Assembly: GCF_009914755.1 (NCBI RefSeq)
Contig: NC_060932.1
Length of the DNA stretch: 64,000 nt
Strand: one strand, 5' to 3'
Origin: the human T2T-CHM13v2.0 reference genome, Homo sapiens
Numbering within the stretch: position 1 is the stretch's first letter; every line of letters begins with the position of its first letter. Both the position numbers and the translations under genes were made by a program. Positions 35,701 through 50,666 of the stretch are shown here, one piece after another. The notes under the pieces were generated by a model. It ran no database searches and was not told the origin of the DNA. It saw only the letters and a program-made list of their open reading frames with translations.

Positions 35701-38381
35701 GCATACCAGTCAGGCCTGATCCTCAACAAGGATATGAAGTGGGTGAAGCTCGTCTTGTGCCTGCCCACGAAGGTACCCTCTTCTCCCACATAGCTTCCTG
35801 ATTGCTCCCCACCCCCCAATCTATCTTTAGATTTTGCCCTTAGTTGGATGTCCCTCAGGGTATTATTAGAAAACCAGATTGTTAGCTAATAAGGGCTCAA
35901 AGAATTTAGAAAAGATAAGAACCAGCAAAAGGGTGGGTAAGGGAGATAAGCCCAGGTTCCGTTGCAAATTAGTCAATGTGCCTATGGCCTTTGGATCTAT
36001 TTGGGGCACACAGGGGCCTATTCTAGACACAAAGTCAAATTAGACATAGCCTGGCATTCATTTCTCCCCTGCTTCTCTGAGACTGCAGACCTGAATGCTG
36101 GAAATCGCTTCATTCTGCTGCTGTTGGGAACAGTCATTTCTACTTAGGTTTTCCATATAGACAGGTGTGACTGGAGAGAAAATCAGAAACTAGGGGGTGC
36201 TGTGAGATTGTTTCTCCCTGGCCTAGATATTTCACATATACTACCTCTATAATTATATATTTAAGACAACTTTATGAGGTGTATACCTTTTTCGCCATTT
36301 ACAGATAATGAAACTGAAAATCTGAGAATATAAGTAGCTGACCCAAAGCTCACAGCTAATATTGGCAGAGCCAAGATACATACCCAGGCTGGTATTTTTG
36401 CCCCTTACTAAACTATGGTGCCTTGTTCAATCTATCAGCTCTGTGAGTTTTCTGGGCAATTGATTTAATTCTTTGCTGACCTTTGCCCGGTAGACCATCT
36501 GGTTGTGTTCCTAGGGCTCCTTTTCTGACTGAGCTCCCACAGCTCCAGGCCTCTGCAATATTCTTCCCTCTGCTTGAAATCCCTTTCCTGTCTTGGTCAT
36601 TGGGAGAATGTTAGTGTTCCTCAAATCTACCTCCACAGGACCCTGTGTGTGACTCTAATAAGGCTGGCATCTGTCGTGCTGTACTGTCCTTTTTTGTATA
36701 CATGTCTGTCTCTTTAGCATATGAAGTTGCAAGTTTCATGAAGGCCTTTTTAGACCATGCCTGATGTGGCAGATATTCAGTAATGGTTGGATAAATGAAT
36801 GGTGTAGAAAGACAAAATTTTCATCACTCCTCTCTGTGTTTCAGGAGAACATGCAACTAATTCTTGCCTAAGCATGGGAGAAAATTGAGCCCAGTGGATG
36901 TTACTATCTGTTTTAAGGCAAAGGCCAGCAGTGGACTGGAGGCATCTGGGTAGGTTGTTGGTCAAAGTTCTTGTGCAGTTACGGCACCAAGGAGGAGCAA
37001 TGATAGATTGTCCTCTGCTCAATTAGCAGTTCCTTTGGGTGATAAAATTGTCCTTAAAATGGAAATGCCTCCTGGAGGGGTTAAGTCTGCTGATGCTCCA
37101 GTGATATTAATTTTACTAATATTAGCTATTGTTATCTTAATAATTATTTCCATGTTATATTCAAACTACTTTCAGAGAGTCTGAGGTGATCTCTTTGAGG
37201 GAAACAGATTGAGGAGTGGGATGGAGGATTAGTTTTTAGGACAGAGAAATCCTGTGGGGAAGACATCATTTCAGGGAGACCTGTTCTCCCCATAATGAGG
37301 TTGTAAGTAGCTAGAAGCAATATGAGGTCATGGGGGGGCTGTGATGGTGTGAGAGCCCTCTGCAGAGAATGGAACAGGGAGGATGGAGAGAGAGGGAAGA
37401 TCAGAGAACAGTGCTATCTTTCTGATGGTGAAGACAACTTTGCAAGGGAAGATTCCCTCCCACAGTTGATGCCTGGGTCAGAGCAAGGCTTGCCAGAGAA
37501 ATGACAATATTCATCTGTGATTGTGAAAAATTGCCTTTGAAGAGGAGGTCCTATGCTGGGTGTATATGGCACCTTGCACTTAGGAGGTCTTAATGAACAT
37601 AAAACTAACCTGTGCCCAAAAGATGCCTCAATTAACTGAAACATAACTCAGCAGAAGCCCCAATTAACTGATATATTTGGGACATCTGCAATTAGCAGAA
37701 AGCAGCAAGAGAAAGCAAGCAGCATCTAGGATTTATAGGGGATGCTATAGGGGCCAAATTTTAGCTTTAGCAAATTGTCTACACTGCCTACAGCTTACTA
37801 ACAAGAACTAATTTCCAGAATAAGTCTGGAGTCTTGGAAGATTCTCATTCATCGAAGTTAGATCATCTGGTCAAGGTGAAGCTGGCAGGTGATGAGATTG
37901 TTCATTGAACAAATTCATTGTAACTTGCACACAAACTGAGTGGTTTACCCACTCAAAGAAGCTAATGTAGAAACCTGTACTATGGTTTTATCCAGGTAAT
38001 TCCCAGGGTCCTGTGTCATTGTCCCTCAGGGCCTGTGATACTTTCTTCTAAATACCTCCAATGGATTCAAATCCTTTTCCATTGACAGTGGGTGGGATTT
38101 GTGAAAACATTCCACTGCCTCTGAGTTTCAAGTTTAAGGAAGAAGATAGCTGATCACGCTATATATCACTTTTGATACAGCAGAATGCATGGCTTTGACA
38201 AGTCATGGAGATGCTCACACCTGGATTAATCACTATGATTAACTCAGCCCACCAGAGAACCCAAGGCTCCCCTGTGGTCCAGGAAGGGCATATTCTGAAA
38301 AAACCCTCCTCAAATTGTGTGTCTGCCCTGCCCCAGCAGCACTGTTGGGGTGCCTTTGATGGCAGCCCACACAGCAGCTGA

Positions 38382-38638
<257 letters not shown>

Positions 38639-41600
38639 GGAAGCACAGTCCAGGGGAGATCTTGGACTGACACTAAGGAGTATTCATGGACTCCTATTGA
38701 ATCAGTGGGGAGAAGGTGTTTTGCTTGCAGAGTAGTGAAAGAGCAGTGAGACATGGGCTTTGGGTTTGCAGAGCTAGATTAGAATTCTGACACTACCTGG
38801 CCCTTGAGAATCATGAGATCCCTTGGAGCCTCAGTTTTCCCACATTAGATGGACATAACAACCATAGAGGGTGATTAAGAGACTGCAAGAGAATACATGG
38901 AAAATGCCTAGTGCATAATAGAATCTTCCTGTGACTAACTCCCACTTGCCCTTAATAGTTTTGCTTAGACATGCCTTCCTTCAGGAAATCTCCTCCTCCT
39001 AAGTCTGTTAGGCACGTCTTCCACAGATACTCTCCTTTCTCACCACTGCCCTTAAGACACTTCAAAGCATGTGTTTTCTAACCTCTCCACACTAGGTAAA
39101 CTCTCTATTGTTCCCTGATACCTAGCACAGTGCCTGACACACTGTGAGTTCTTTGTACTCATTTGTTGAATGAATGGAGTAAATGAATAAATGGCAGACA
39201 GTATGTGTTCCAGTCATTTGAGGATTGAGAGAAGAGCCTTTCTTTTTTTAGCAATCTGGAGCTAAGATTTTTATGGGTCTAATTTAGTGCTGCCAAACCA
39301 TGGAGCTCCAAGAATGGTTACCTCGCTGAGGCAGCCTGACCCCAGACCCACTAATTCCTTTTGCCCTGGACACAGCTAGTAGTAAAGGTGGTCACCTATG
39401 ACAGGTGAGTCAAGAGGGGGAAATGACACTTCTTTTGCTATTACAAGTATTAAAACACTTGGTGACTGTGGTCAGTGGTCAATAGAGTTGATTGAAGAAA
39501 ACCTAAATGTTTTGAGTCTGCTTTAGAGGTTAGTGAGTAGAGCTGTTTATTTCAGGCTTGATTCTACTCATTAGGTTGAGAGAGGGGTAAGGGATACTGC
39601 TGTCAGACTCATATAGCTATGAAGGGTTTTGCTTTAGCCCTGGGCATGTCAGGAATGTCAGACATGTTGATCTGTGCCTGCCACCTAGCAGTATGTGTGG
39701 GGAATGGATGTGGAGTCAGAAGACCTGAGTTTATGTGACGTCTCACGCCCCTGCTGGCTGATTCCCTAACCTTTCTGACCACCCAATGTTTCAGAGTCAG
39801 TTTCTTTGTCTGTAAAGTGGACACAGTGTACTGATTTCAGGCTTGTGTGGATGAAATTAATGCTATATCAAGGTAAGAAGTCATGTAAGATAATAATCTC
39901 TGGCAGTGGCACAAGTCGAACACACTGAGCATTGATGGGAGCACTTTCTGTCATGGCAGGTATGGAGAAACTTAGCACTCCTCTATTGCTCTTTCCTGTG
40001 ATGAAATCAGCAAGCTAGCCCCAGTTGGCATATATGTAAATAGAAAAATAATATGGCCAAAGTAAACAGAAGTGGGAAATTGCATTTGTATAATTTAAAA
40101 ATAGTTTATTTTTTTAAAATTTAAGTCTTTTGCTTTCATTCAAGACATTTCCTCTTGATTGGAGTGGATTTTTTGTTGTTGTTAATTGTACTTTGCTTTG
40201 AGCTTTTCCTATTTATTTCAAGACCAGATAACCATTCTTTTGTTGACATAACCACTGACCTTATTAAAAGTTTGTCCAGATAAATCACGATTTTTAAGAT
40301 AAGAGAGACACAAACACAAACACGGAAAACTGGCCACCACATGGAGGCTGGGATAAATAAATGCTCTACAATTGGTTAATAAGGGCACATCTTGGCCTAC
40401 AGTTTTGATTTGTCTTTTCAATCCATTTGCAGCCTCACTGGGAAATGGGGAAGGGCTGAGCATTTACTTGAAGATTTGCACAGAGTGTTACATTTTTAAG
40501 AAATTTCCAATGCATTTTGATTCAGACAAGCTTTTGTTGGCTGAGAAATTACATGATGCACCCAAAATGCTTTTGCAGAATGTGGTATTGAGTGCCATTT
40601 TATTCCCACGAACTAGAAGTTCAATACAAAAGGCCAAGATTGAGAAATGCATTCTGACATTTTATATACTTACTTATACCTCACTTACGACTGAGCCTCT
40701 CCTGAAAGTTAAAAGTTTAAATTTTCCAAGTATATTTGGGGAGGGGAGTGGAGAAACTCTCAAGGCCTAAGAGGTACAGAGGCATCTCATTTGTGGGGCA
40801 GTTCAGACTTTCCATTTCTTTATTATGAGTGCATGATGGAAAGCTCTCTAATGTTAGAAGTAAATAATGTCCTTTAAGCTATAGCACTCAGATTAGTTTA
40901 AATACTGTGCATTTGTAACCACAGCCAGATTATTTGATAACACTTGTCTCTGTCTATTATCAGAGAGCACTTGGAATGGATTTCTCCCATTTTATTAAGT
41001 TTTGTTTCATGAAAGGGGGTAGATGTTTTAAAATATGATAACGAGTTTATAAAACTTCAGTTTCAGATGTAAAAATTGGTTGTTTGTTGATGAGAAGAGA
41101 GCATGCCCAAAGTAGAAAGGCTTTTATTACTACCATTCAGGTTTACCTGCTTTTAAGCAGCAACAGATGAGTCTTTTTGGTACTAGATAGGGAAGAGTGA
41201 ATGTCCTGTGTTGATATAGAATTGTTTTAGTTATCTGTCCCTGTCTTAATTTCTCTGCATATTTAGTGTAATTATCTTCTTGATCTATGTTGTCTTAGGA
41301 TGCAAGGGGGAATTTGAGCATCCTTCCTGCAATCTTTCCCTCCTATCAGAGTCTCAGAATCCACTCTTCTATTTCCATTTGACTAAATCATAGGCATCTA
41401 AGAGGGAGCCACCTCCGCCCCCTACTAACTAGCAGAATAAGACTGACCAGTTTCCAACTAATCAATTACTTGAGTTACCATGTCCGGCAGATTTCTACTT
41501 TGCTGTATCTCTCAACTCTGTTGCCTTGTTCATTTCCAGCACCACTCTGCCAGTCCAGGCTTTGATCCGCACATAGCTGGACTAACTGCTCATCTACCTA

Positions 41601-41759
41601 ATGTGGCTCATTCTCCATAGCACTATCAGATTAATTTTCCTAATGTGGCACTTGACCCCTACTACTTTCTGCTTAAAGCACTGCCTTCTAAATAGCTAAG
41701 TGCCAACCTCTCCATCTGGCATTTAAGCTGCTCACATGATGGCTCCAAACTATCACACA

Positions 41760-43260
41760 ATCATTGAAGAAAACACTTAGAGCACACTGATGGTTCTGGG
41801 GACATAGTGGCAAACAGGACAGCAAGTTGTCCCTGTCATCCATCATGGATCTTATATTCTAATGAGGGAGATAGATTTTAAATAGATTATGATGAAATTA
41901 ATTATTTGAAACTCATGTGAAGAACTGCAGAGGAGAAGCATCATGTGCTTGGAAACTGTGCTATGGGAACGTGAAGTCAGGGGAGGCAAGCTGAACTCAA
42001 GAAGCTGTTCTGAAGTGTTAGCTGAAGCAAATTAGATGGAGTATGGCTTGGGGAGGGGGGAGACTGGGGGAGCAAAGGGGAGGACCCAGGGAACAACCTG
42101 TGGGAAGGAGTAAAGTACACATGTGAGGAAGTCACAGAAGCCTTAGACTAGGGAAGCAAGGGGCAGGGCCAATCCTAGAGAGGACAGTTGGCTCCATAGG
42201 CCTGGAAAAGATTTTGGACTTTCTTCTCTGAGTAGTGAGAAACTGAGTAGGATGTGACATGGCCAGATAGGAGTTTTTAAAAGTCACTCTGCAATGGGAG
42301 AAATGTCTAGAGGCAGGCCTGGGTGCACGCAGGAAGACCAGTTAGGAAGCTGTTACAGAAACCCAGACAAGAGACTACTGTTGCTTCGTGAGGGTGGTAA
42401 CAGTACAGGGGTGGAGGAGAGTCAAATTTGAGAAATATTTTGGAGGATTTGGTGATTGTTTAGACATGCAAGTAAGGGAGCATTAGAATGACTGTCAGGG
42501 TGGTGGTAACATTCTCCAAACTACGGAATACTGGAGGAAGGCTGGATTTGGGGAGAAATGTCATGTTTAGTTGTTACTTTCTATAAGACATCCAAATAAT
42601 GACTTGTAGTAAGCAAATAAATCAAAAGGCAGTGTTGTGTAGTGGTTAAAAGCATGGTCTTAGCAGCTCATGTGACCAGCATCTGTGCAACCTTGGGAAA
42701 GTTACCTAACCTTTCTGTGCCTTACAGTTTCTTCATTTGTAAAATGGGGAGATCATAAGTTTAGCATACACAAAAACTGAGATTGGTGCCTGGTACAGAG
42801 CGAGTACTATTTAAATGTTAGTCATTATTACTATTATTTATATACAAGTCCAAAGCTCAAAGAAGTCTGGGCTGCTCATATAAACTTGGGGCTTGTTCAT
42901 AAATAGTAAGTGAAGACACATGTGGGGACAAGGCTGTCTTGGGAGTGCGTATAGAGTGAGGGAGGAAAAGGGCCCAGTTCAGGTCTCCAGGAATCTGGGA
43001 GTGGACTGAGGAGGGTAAGCGAGCCAAGGCGCTGGGGACTTCGTGGACCAGAGAAAGGGAGAGAGGAGAAATTCAGAAGCAGACAGAAGAGTGTGTTTTG
43101 AGGAGTAGAGAGTTATTAGCAGTGTCAAATGCTGCTAGGAGTGCCTTAATGCTAAGACTGGAAATTGTGTGATTTAGCAAGCTGTTGAAAACTTTCCTGA
43201 GTTGTAGGTGGCAAAGTAGAGGTTGAGGACAACTTGAAGAGTGAGGAAAGAGGGACACAT
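41760..43260 (-). mobile_element. Long L2 relic with nested MIR
   Basis: Series of L2 motifs (GCAGGAAGACCAGTTAGGAAGCTGTT; CAGTGTCAAATGCTGCT); boundaries approximate. Confidence 0.65.
42628..42835 (+). mobile_element. MIR
   Basis: GTAGTGGTTAAAAGCATGG...CCTTGGGAAAGTTACCTAACCTTTCTGTGCC...TGTAAAATGGGG. Confidence 0.8.
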
Positions 43261-44172
43261 TAAGTGAAAATGAATTATTTGAGAAGTTGGTTTTTCAGAG
43301 ATGCAAACTTCAGCCAGGAACATAGGGCTACCTCCTGGTCAAGTGTAAGCCAATCTATAAGGACTACTAGCCCTGAAGAGAGTCTACATCCACTTTGGCT
43401 TGTGACAAAGACAGCCATAACCCCTTCCCTCAGTCATGGCCTTCAATGGGATGGAGGAGTTGGCCTCAGAGGTCTCCTGGATTTCAGGGTTCTGGCAGTG
43501 GTGAAAGTGGCATGTGTTAGCCAGACTGCTGTAGGCGTCAGTGGTCTTGACTTTGGCAGTGGCCAACAAAAAGGTCCCACCACATGAAGAAGTTGATGAA
43601 ACATGAAGGATTGGGGAACATGCAGCCAGGCTCTTTGTGAAGAGTGTGCTGGACCTCTGACTTAGAAGGAACCTGTCCTCCAGACTATGAAGAGTGGACT
43701 TTGAGTCTGGGCTCAAATGCTTGTGTTTGGGAAGACCATTCTTCTAACGTGGGTTTAGAGGAAACTCCAGATCAAAGTAACACTTCATAAAGGTGTGTAC
43801 CATCACCCTGGGAGAGGAAATCTGGGAGAGCAATGAGGTTCGGGTTGAAAATCCATGGTTTGTGGGAAAATTCTGCTTTTGGGAAAACTTTCTTCTAATG
43901 TTTTTGACTGCAAAGGGTGCAAGCTGCACATGCTGTGACTTGCTAATGATTGCTGGGATGTGGAGGTGAACCATCTTGGGTCATCTGATCATGATGCCAG
44001 GCCACTAATGGGTTCCAGGCAGGCTGGATTCATAATCGTGAGGTTGGATCTCATAAGGGAGAGAGTCACTGAGATTGATGATATTCACTTTCTATAGCTT
44101 CCTTCCTCAACCCTGCCCCAAACATGACACCTTTTGTGAGAGAAAGAAGCAAATAATAGGAAGCAAAACATA

Positions 44173-44832
44173 TAGTCAGTTATCATTATTCATAGTAGTT
44201 AGATAGTATAAAGTTATGTGAACACTGATTTAGTGAATACTAAACCATTGAGCCTAGGAGAAATACAGGGTTAGGTTCCTGTGAGCCTTTGGTCATAACA
44301 CTTTCATCAACTGATCAATGCATAGCCTTGTTTTATGTGTGTTTCTGTTTAAAGACACTTATGCAATATTAATATATATTGTTGATTAACATTGAACCCG
44401 TGGCCAGCAGGATACCACTCATGTAGAACAAAGCTTATTTAACAAGATATTTTCTCTGTAAGGCATATCAGAGTCTTCTTGTGCTTAGGAAAGTTATACA
44501 ACACTACATTTGGGGGGGCGCATTTTAAGCAACAAAGTTACCAAGAAAAGGCACAAAAAATGCAAACCATATGGCACCAACTATGCCATGAAAGGACACT
44601 GGTTTCCAGCAGGAGAGCTGAGACAAGAAGGCGGAGAGCTGAGACAAGAAGGCAGAGCACCACCTTGTTTGACCTCAGCTGGGAACCTGCACATCAGGCC
44701 TCTTAGGTTTTTCACCTGCTCTGTGCTTGCACGTGCTTGTAAATGACTGCAAAAGCAGGGCAAATCATTATTTTGGGATTACAGATAAATTTTAGTGACT
44801 ATATGAATTTCAGAAATAATGAGGATCTGCTG
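44173..44832. mobile_element. MER82 (TcMar-Tigger)
   Basis: GGTTAGGTTCCTGTGAGCCT...AATAATGAGGATCTGCTG followed by TA; ~660 bp. Confidence 0.75.
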
Positions 44833-45636
44833 TATATTAGCCTTTTGATGTTCATGGCTGTCTATAATTTGGCTAAAAGTTGATTATTCTAGATGCCATT
44901 TAACTTGCCTTCTTACACTGAGATTCCATGATTGTCTGAAGAGTCAAAAACCAATCAGTTCAAATGTCTGTACCTTTTATACCTAAAATGCAGCACAGTG
45001 GGGAGCTGTGCAGAAAGATGATGGACATTCTCAGGTTTGCTCTTCTCATGGCTGCAGGATGTTTGCGGCAGTGCTGGACATCCCATCTGGACACAACCAA
45101 AGAGGAACTGTTTCTTCTTGTTCTGTTAGTGAAAAATCCTTCCCTAAAACATTCCAAGAGATTTGCTCCCACATCTCATTGGCTAGGAATATGTCACATG
45201 TCTATCCATTCACCGGCAAGGGTAACAAGACCCCCATCATTGGCACAAACCAATCCTATTTCACCCCCTGGAGCTAGAGCTGCACCAACTTCTGAAGCAC
45301 ATGGCTTTGTAGAGAAAGTGATTTTGAACAAAATTGGGGCTCTGATGAGAGGAAAAGGGAAATGGATTGGGGATAATCAGACTGTAGTGTCTACCATACT
45401 TAGTAAAGGAATTTTGCATTACTATATGAAAAACCTTTTAATCTCAAATTGAATGTGTGCTTTATTTTTTGCTAGAGTTTCCAGCACCCAGCAGACTGTC
45501 AGGCCAATTCCTAGACACTTCTTTCTGGAGGGAATCTTCAGAGGGTTGGTTTTTCTTCAGACACATATGAAAGAACTTGTGATTAGAATCATGGGGGAAA
45601 AACTGTGGGTGAGAACTTAAGGGACTTAATCTTGCT

Positions 45637-46139
45637 ATGGTAGAATAAAGTGGGGTGCTGATTCATTGCTACTACTCCCTGTCTGATTGCCTACCTTTAG
45701 AGTTGGGCTGATCTTTGTTGATTGCCTGACCAATAGATTGTAGTGAAAGTAAAGTTCTGGGACTTCTGAGGCTAGGTCATAAGAAATGTGTCAACTTTGT
45801 TCAAGACCTCTTGGAATACTTGTTCTTGGAATCTATCCACTATGTTGTGATGAAGTCCAAGTACCCCATGGAGAAGAACCAAAGCTCCTAGATCCCAAAC
45901 TGGTTAAGCTCCCAGTTAATAGCCAGCATCAGCTTGCTAGATATGTGTGTGTGCCATCTTGGAAATATACCCTCCAGCCCCAGTGAGCTTCCCCAGCTGT
46001 CATTTCATGGAACAGAGATGATCTATCTCTGCCGAGTTCTAGCCTAAATGCAGATTCATGAACAACATAAGTGATTATTTTTGTTTTAAACCTCTATATT
46101 TTGGGGTGGTTTGTTACTCAGCCATAGATAACCAGAACA
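45637..46139 (+). mobile_element. MLT1 (G/H-like) MaLR LTR
   Basis: GACTTCTGAGGCTAGGTCATAAGAA...TTTTGGGGTGGTTTGTTACTCAGCCATAGATAACCAGAACA. Confidence 0.75.
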
Positions 46140-49100
46140 TGTACTGCAAGAGAAAGCAAGACAGACTCAAAACTGCAATAATTCCAGCTGGATGCTTCAG
46201 AAACCAAGAGGCCTTTAGTTAGACTTCCATTGATCACCCTAGCCCCAGTGTGGTGCTCCACAACCCTTATCAAGTGAATGAATGGCCATTTTTCCCTTTA
46301 TACCTTCAGAATATGCAGGGAATAAGAAGAAACTTTCAGGCTGTTCTTTTCTAGGAATATGATTTCAAGCTGTAGTTTTTTTTCTGTTTTTTTTAGAACA
46401 TTCAGAAAAATCCTAGAATCGAAGGGTTAAAAGGGAGCAGGTGCAGCTTGTCACCCTGCCCTAGGGTTACTTGGCACTTCATTCATAAGCTTTCCAGCAA
46501 GGATGCTTTAAGCCTCTTCTTGTATTGCGTTTGCTAATGTCCTGTTAGCCTAAGTGAGAGACATGGCCAAGCTCAGCTTCCAGGGTAGAGAAATAGACCT
46601 CTTCTTGATGGGATTGATGGAGGAACTGCAAATGATTGGTACTTGTTTTGGCCAATCTATAATACCTATATGGGAGTCTATAATTCCCAAAGTGCCATGA
46701 TGCTAAGTAACCTCCAAGGACGTGGAAAGAGCACTGACAGGTGTCAGAAGAGAGTCTAGTGCCTGTGCTGCCAATTTTTTTTTTCCTGTGGAGCCTTAGA
46801 AAAGTCAACTCACCTTCTCTACCCCACTCCAGATGCAGGAACTGAAGCACATGCAAACTGTTAAGCTCAGTAATCGCTAAGGTCCCTTCCAGTACTCCAA
46901 TTTTATCTTTTTTTCCACAGCAGAGGAGTCAGGTTCAAAGTACACATTATGGTAACTAAAAACATACTCGAGTGTGTTGTTTTATGGCAGTGCAGGGGCA
47001 CCTCCTGACCAGCCAAACCCTGAGGCAGGACTCGGAACGAACCAGGCAGTTGCCAGTGCCAAGGGCCAGCGCAGCTGTGGCCACTTCCCTCTCCTTTCAA
47101 GTTTGACTCGGGTGAGTGGGAGGTGGAAATCATTTTTATTTCTGGTCTGCTTCCTGCTGATTGTGAGTCTTCTGTTCGTGCCCTGTGCACACTGAGTCTC
47201 ACCTCCACGGTCCTATGTAGAGCCGGTTTCTCCTTTTACAGGTGTTTTCTTTTGCAGAGGTGGTGGATTGATGTGGCCACATTTTCCAAATACAAATGAG
47301 CCAGCATGGAAGGAGCCCTTGAAAGTAGAGTGCTTGGAGCCAAGCCCTGGAACTGTGGGGTGCCCCAGCCTCTTGGGGCCGCTGTCACTTTGCTTCTCCT
47401 TGCTTTGCCAGTGAGGTGGCAATGGTGATGATTATCCACTTTAAGAAAGCAGCGGTCAAAAACTTGAGGGGAGAAGACATCAGGAATAGTGTCCTCTGGG
47501 GATGAGGGCAGAATTGTGAATTTTGTCTTTCTCCTACAGAAACAGCTAGAATGATGAGAGGTTATGTGGCTTTTCACATCCTCACAGCTCCCATCGCACA
47601 CCTCTCCTCACAGATGCATCCCAGCAGCCTGAATACAACCCTCTTAGTGGCCTCTTTCCCTCCAGCCTCCCCATATTTCCTTACAAACAGAACCACTGGC
47701 AGAGAAAGCACTGGAAGGAAAAAGGAGCCCCAGAAGAGCAGCCTCCGTGCCTAAGGTGTGGGGAAGACTGACAGAGAGTGTGGGGTTAAGAGCCTCAGGG
47801 CTCTGTGAATCCCCCTGGCAGCAACTCCCCTAATACCCCTCCATTCCAATCCCAGTCCCACAGACTGCCCCAGAGACCCTGCAGGGCTGGTGCCAGCAGA
47901 AGAGCTCAAAGGCCCAAGGCTTACAGCTCCTGAGCTGGGCTTAATTCTCTGCATCAAAATAATAAAGACCATGGTGGTGGTAGTGGCTGTGGTGAGTGGG
48001 AGAGGAAGTGAAGGGTAGGAAAGAATCAAACGGAGCTTCCCAGCCTGTCCTACAACTGCGAGCTTTTGCGTAAGTGTGGAGACTCCTTTTATTCTAATAT
48101 TGCTGCTTGTAACAATCAAGAGAGAGAACCAGAAAGAAAACACGAGCCAGTAACTGGCTGCCCTTTCTATGCTATGAGCTATTCAGCAGAAGGCCTGCCC
48201 AACATGGGTCTGTTTCTTTGGGAGTAAAAATTAAACAGGGTTAGAAGATTTCCAGGTAAACGTAGTGACTCAATATCTTACCTAGTGTCTAATGACTGTT
48301 GGGACAATATAAAATAGTATTGAAAGGGAGACCATGATTGTGAGCTACAGTGACCATTGTTGATAGCAAATGGGGACAGGTGAGTGTGTGTTAAGAGCAC
48401 AGTCAGGAAAGGGTTTGGGATATAAGATAAGAAGATAGAAGGAGAAGTTGTTGGAGAGTTGAGTAAATATGAATTACTGAAAAAAGGTAAGGGAGATCTT
48501 GGAAGAACAACAGACAACACAATTGAGTTGGCCAAGGATATTTGGCAAGTCCCTCAGCAGCAGGATAGAGTCACAGTTGTCTGCTTTTTGGCACCCAGCT
48601 GATACCATGGAGAGGCAGGGAGAGATGAGATGACTGAGAGGCTGACTTTGAGAAGGCCCGGAACCTTCTAGAAGAGTTTTGGATTTTGGATAAAAGGGCC
48701 ATGAAATGGAAAGTCTTAGAAGCATTCCATCCAACTACTGCTTAAGATGTTTCCTGATCTACTCTGTCCAGGGCTGGCCATGATGAAAGATTAGAAGTAA
48801 CTTGTGTAACCAATAAATCTTCAGCCTTATTAGTCTGTGTCCCGCAAATAAGAGTGCACTTTCTTTTAATATCCCAATTAATTTGCTGGAGTACCTATTG
48901 GCCTAATTGCAGGAAATTAGTTTCTCTGAAATGTTCCCCAGCTAATTCTAAGATAACTTCCTTACTACATAATTAAAAGGGCTCAACCAAGTTACTGCTC
49001 TGAGAACAAAGGGATAGGCTGCTTCAAAGGCAAATTCTGGGTTGCATCCAGAAGGCAGTGACTTTTTGTTACTTTCAGAAGAGACATTCTTTTTTCAGCT

Positions 49101-49886
49101 TTCAAGGAAGCTAAATTCGTCTCTGTAGATAACTTGTTTCAGTGCAAATCATTAAGTGCCTACTGCGTAGCCAACTTGTTGCTCTGCTGTCCCTAGGGTG
49201 TTGTCCTTGCTCATGTTCCAAGGTAGCCCATCACCACATCACAGGTGAGCCAGAGCAAAGAAGAAAGGGGAAAAGAGGGAAGGCCTGGAAATTGCACACA
49301 CATTTTTTTTTTTCATATCCCAGAACTTATGTATATTTTCATATGTAGTTGCAAGGGAGGTTGAACATGTAGGTTTTACTCTGAATGGCCACGTGTCCAG
49401 CTATAAATAACAGTAGAAGAAAGAGAAATCATAAAATGAGTGAAAAGCATAGCTTTTGCTATAGGCATCTAACATATGCCTTTTTTTTCATTGAATACTT
49501 ACAATAACACTGCAAGATTATTATAGTGTCCCTAGGAAATGTAGGCTTAGAGAGACACCTTCCATTGGCTGAATCTACGAGGAAGCCAGAGGGCAAGGAA
49601 GCCTCATGTAGGTAGGGAGCAGAGGAGGGAAAGGTTGAGAATGGGTGTGAGAGCAAACGGGTCAGTGACATGCATGCCATTTGGAAGTCACTATGGACTT
49701 GGCACGTGGGAGAATCCCTACATCCTCCATAAAATAAAAATATTTATTTGATGGATATGTGCCAGAAGAATACATGCCTAATCAAAGCACTTAGGAAAAA
49801 AGAGAATTCAGATAGCACCGAGTTTGAGATTTGTAGTACAAGGGCAAAAGGGAAATCGTTTGTTAGTTGTTTTCTGAAAACCCTCG

Positions 49887-50666
49887 TGGGTCCGGAATTG
49901 GTTCCTTCCGGTGGGTTCTTGGTCTGGCTGACTTCAAGACTGAAGCTGCGGACCTTCGCCGTGAGTGTTACAGTTCTTAAGGACGGCGTGTCCGGAGTTT
50001 GTTCCTTCTGGTGGGTTCATGGTCTTGCTGACTTCAGGAGTGAAGCCTCACACCTTCGCAGTGAGTGTTACAGCTCTTAAAGGTGGCTCATCCGGAGTTG
50101 TTTGTTCCTCCTGGTGGGTTCGTTGTCTTGCTGACTTCACGAATGAAGCTGCAGACCCTGGTGGTGAGTGTTACAGCTCATAAAGGTAGTGCGGACCCAA
50201 AGAGTGAGCAGCAGCAAGATTTATTGTGAAAACAGAAAGAACAGAGAAAGAACAAAGCTTCCACAGCATAGAAATGGACCCAAGCAGGTTGCCGCCACTG
50301 CCCTGCTGGCTTGGGTGGCCAGCTTTTATTCCCTTACTTGGCCCTGCCCATGTCCTGCTTATTGGTCCATTTTACAGAGTGCTGATTGGTCGGTTTTTAC
50401 AGAGTGCTGATTGGTGCATTTACAACCTTTTAGCTAGACACAGTGCTGATTGGTGCGTTTTTACAGAGTGCTGATTGGTGCGTTTACAAACCTTTAGCTA
50501 GACACAGAGCGTTGATTGGTGCTTTTTTACAGAGAGCTGATTGGTGCATTTACAAACCTTTAGCTAGATACAGAGCCCTGATTGGTGCGTTTACAATCCT
50601 TTAGCTAGACCGAAAAGTTCTCTAAGTCCCTACCTGACCCAGAAGCATAGCCGGCTTCACTTCTCA
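49887..50666 (-). mobile_element. LTR12 (HERV9) solo LTR, short type, 780 bp
   Basis: TGAGAAGTGAAGCC...AATTCCGGACCCA on minus; eight ATTGG/CCAAT boxes in 50361-50586; AATAAAAGC TATA-like box at ~50322-50330; 4-bp TSD CTCG/CTTG. Confidence 0.93.

Noticed and set aside
39880-41300. AT-rich, repeat-poor stretch resembling a 3'UTR or retrocopy
   Set aside because: No upstream coding exon, poly(A) tail or TSD found; could not assign
50361-50610. CRISPR-like regularly spaced GCTGATTGGTGC repeats
   Set aside because: Normal LTR12 U3 tandem CCAAT units; spacers are themselves repeated; eukaryotic context
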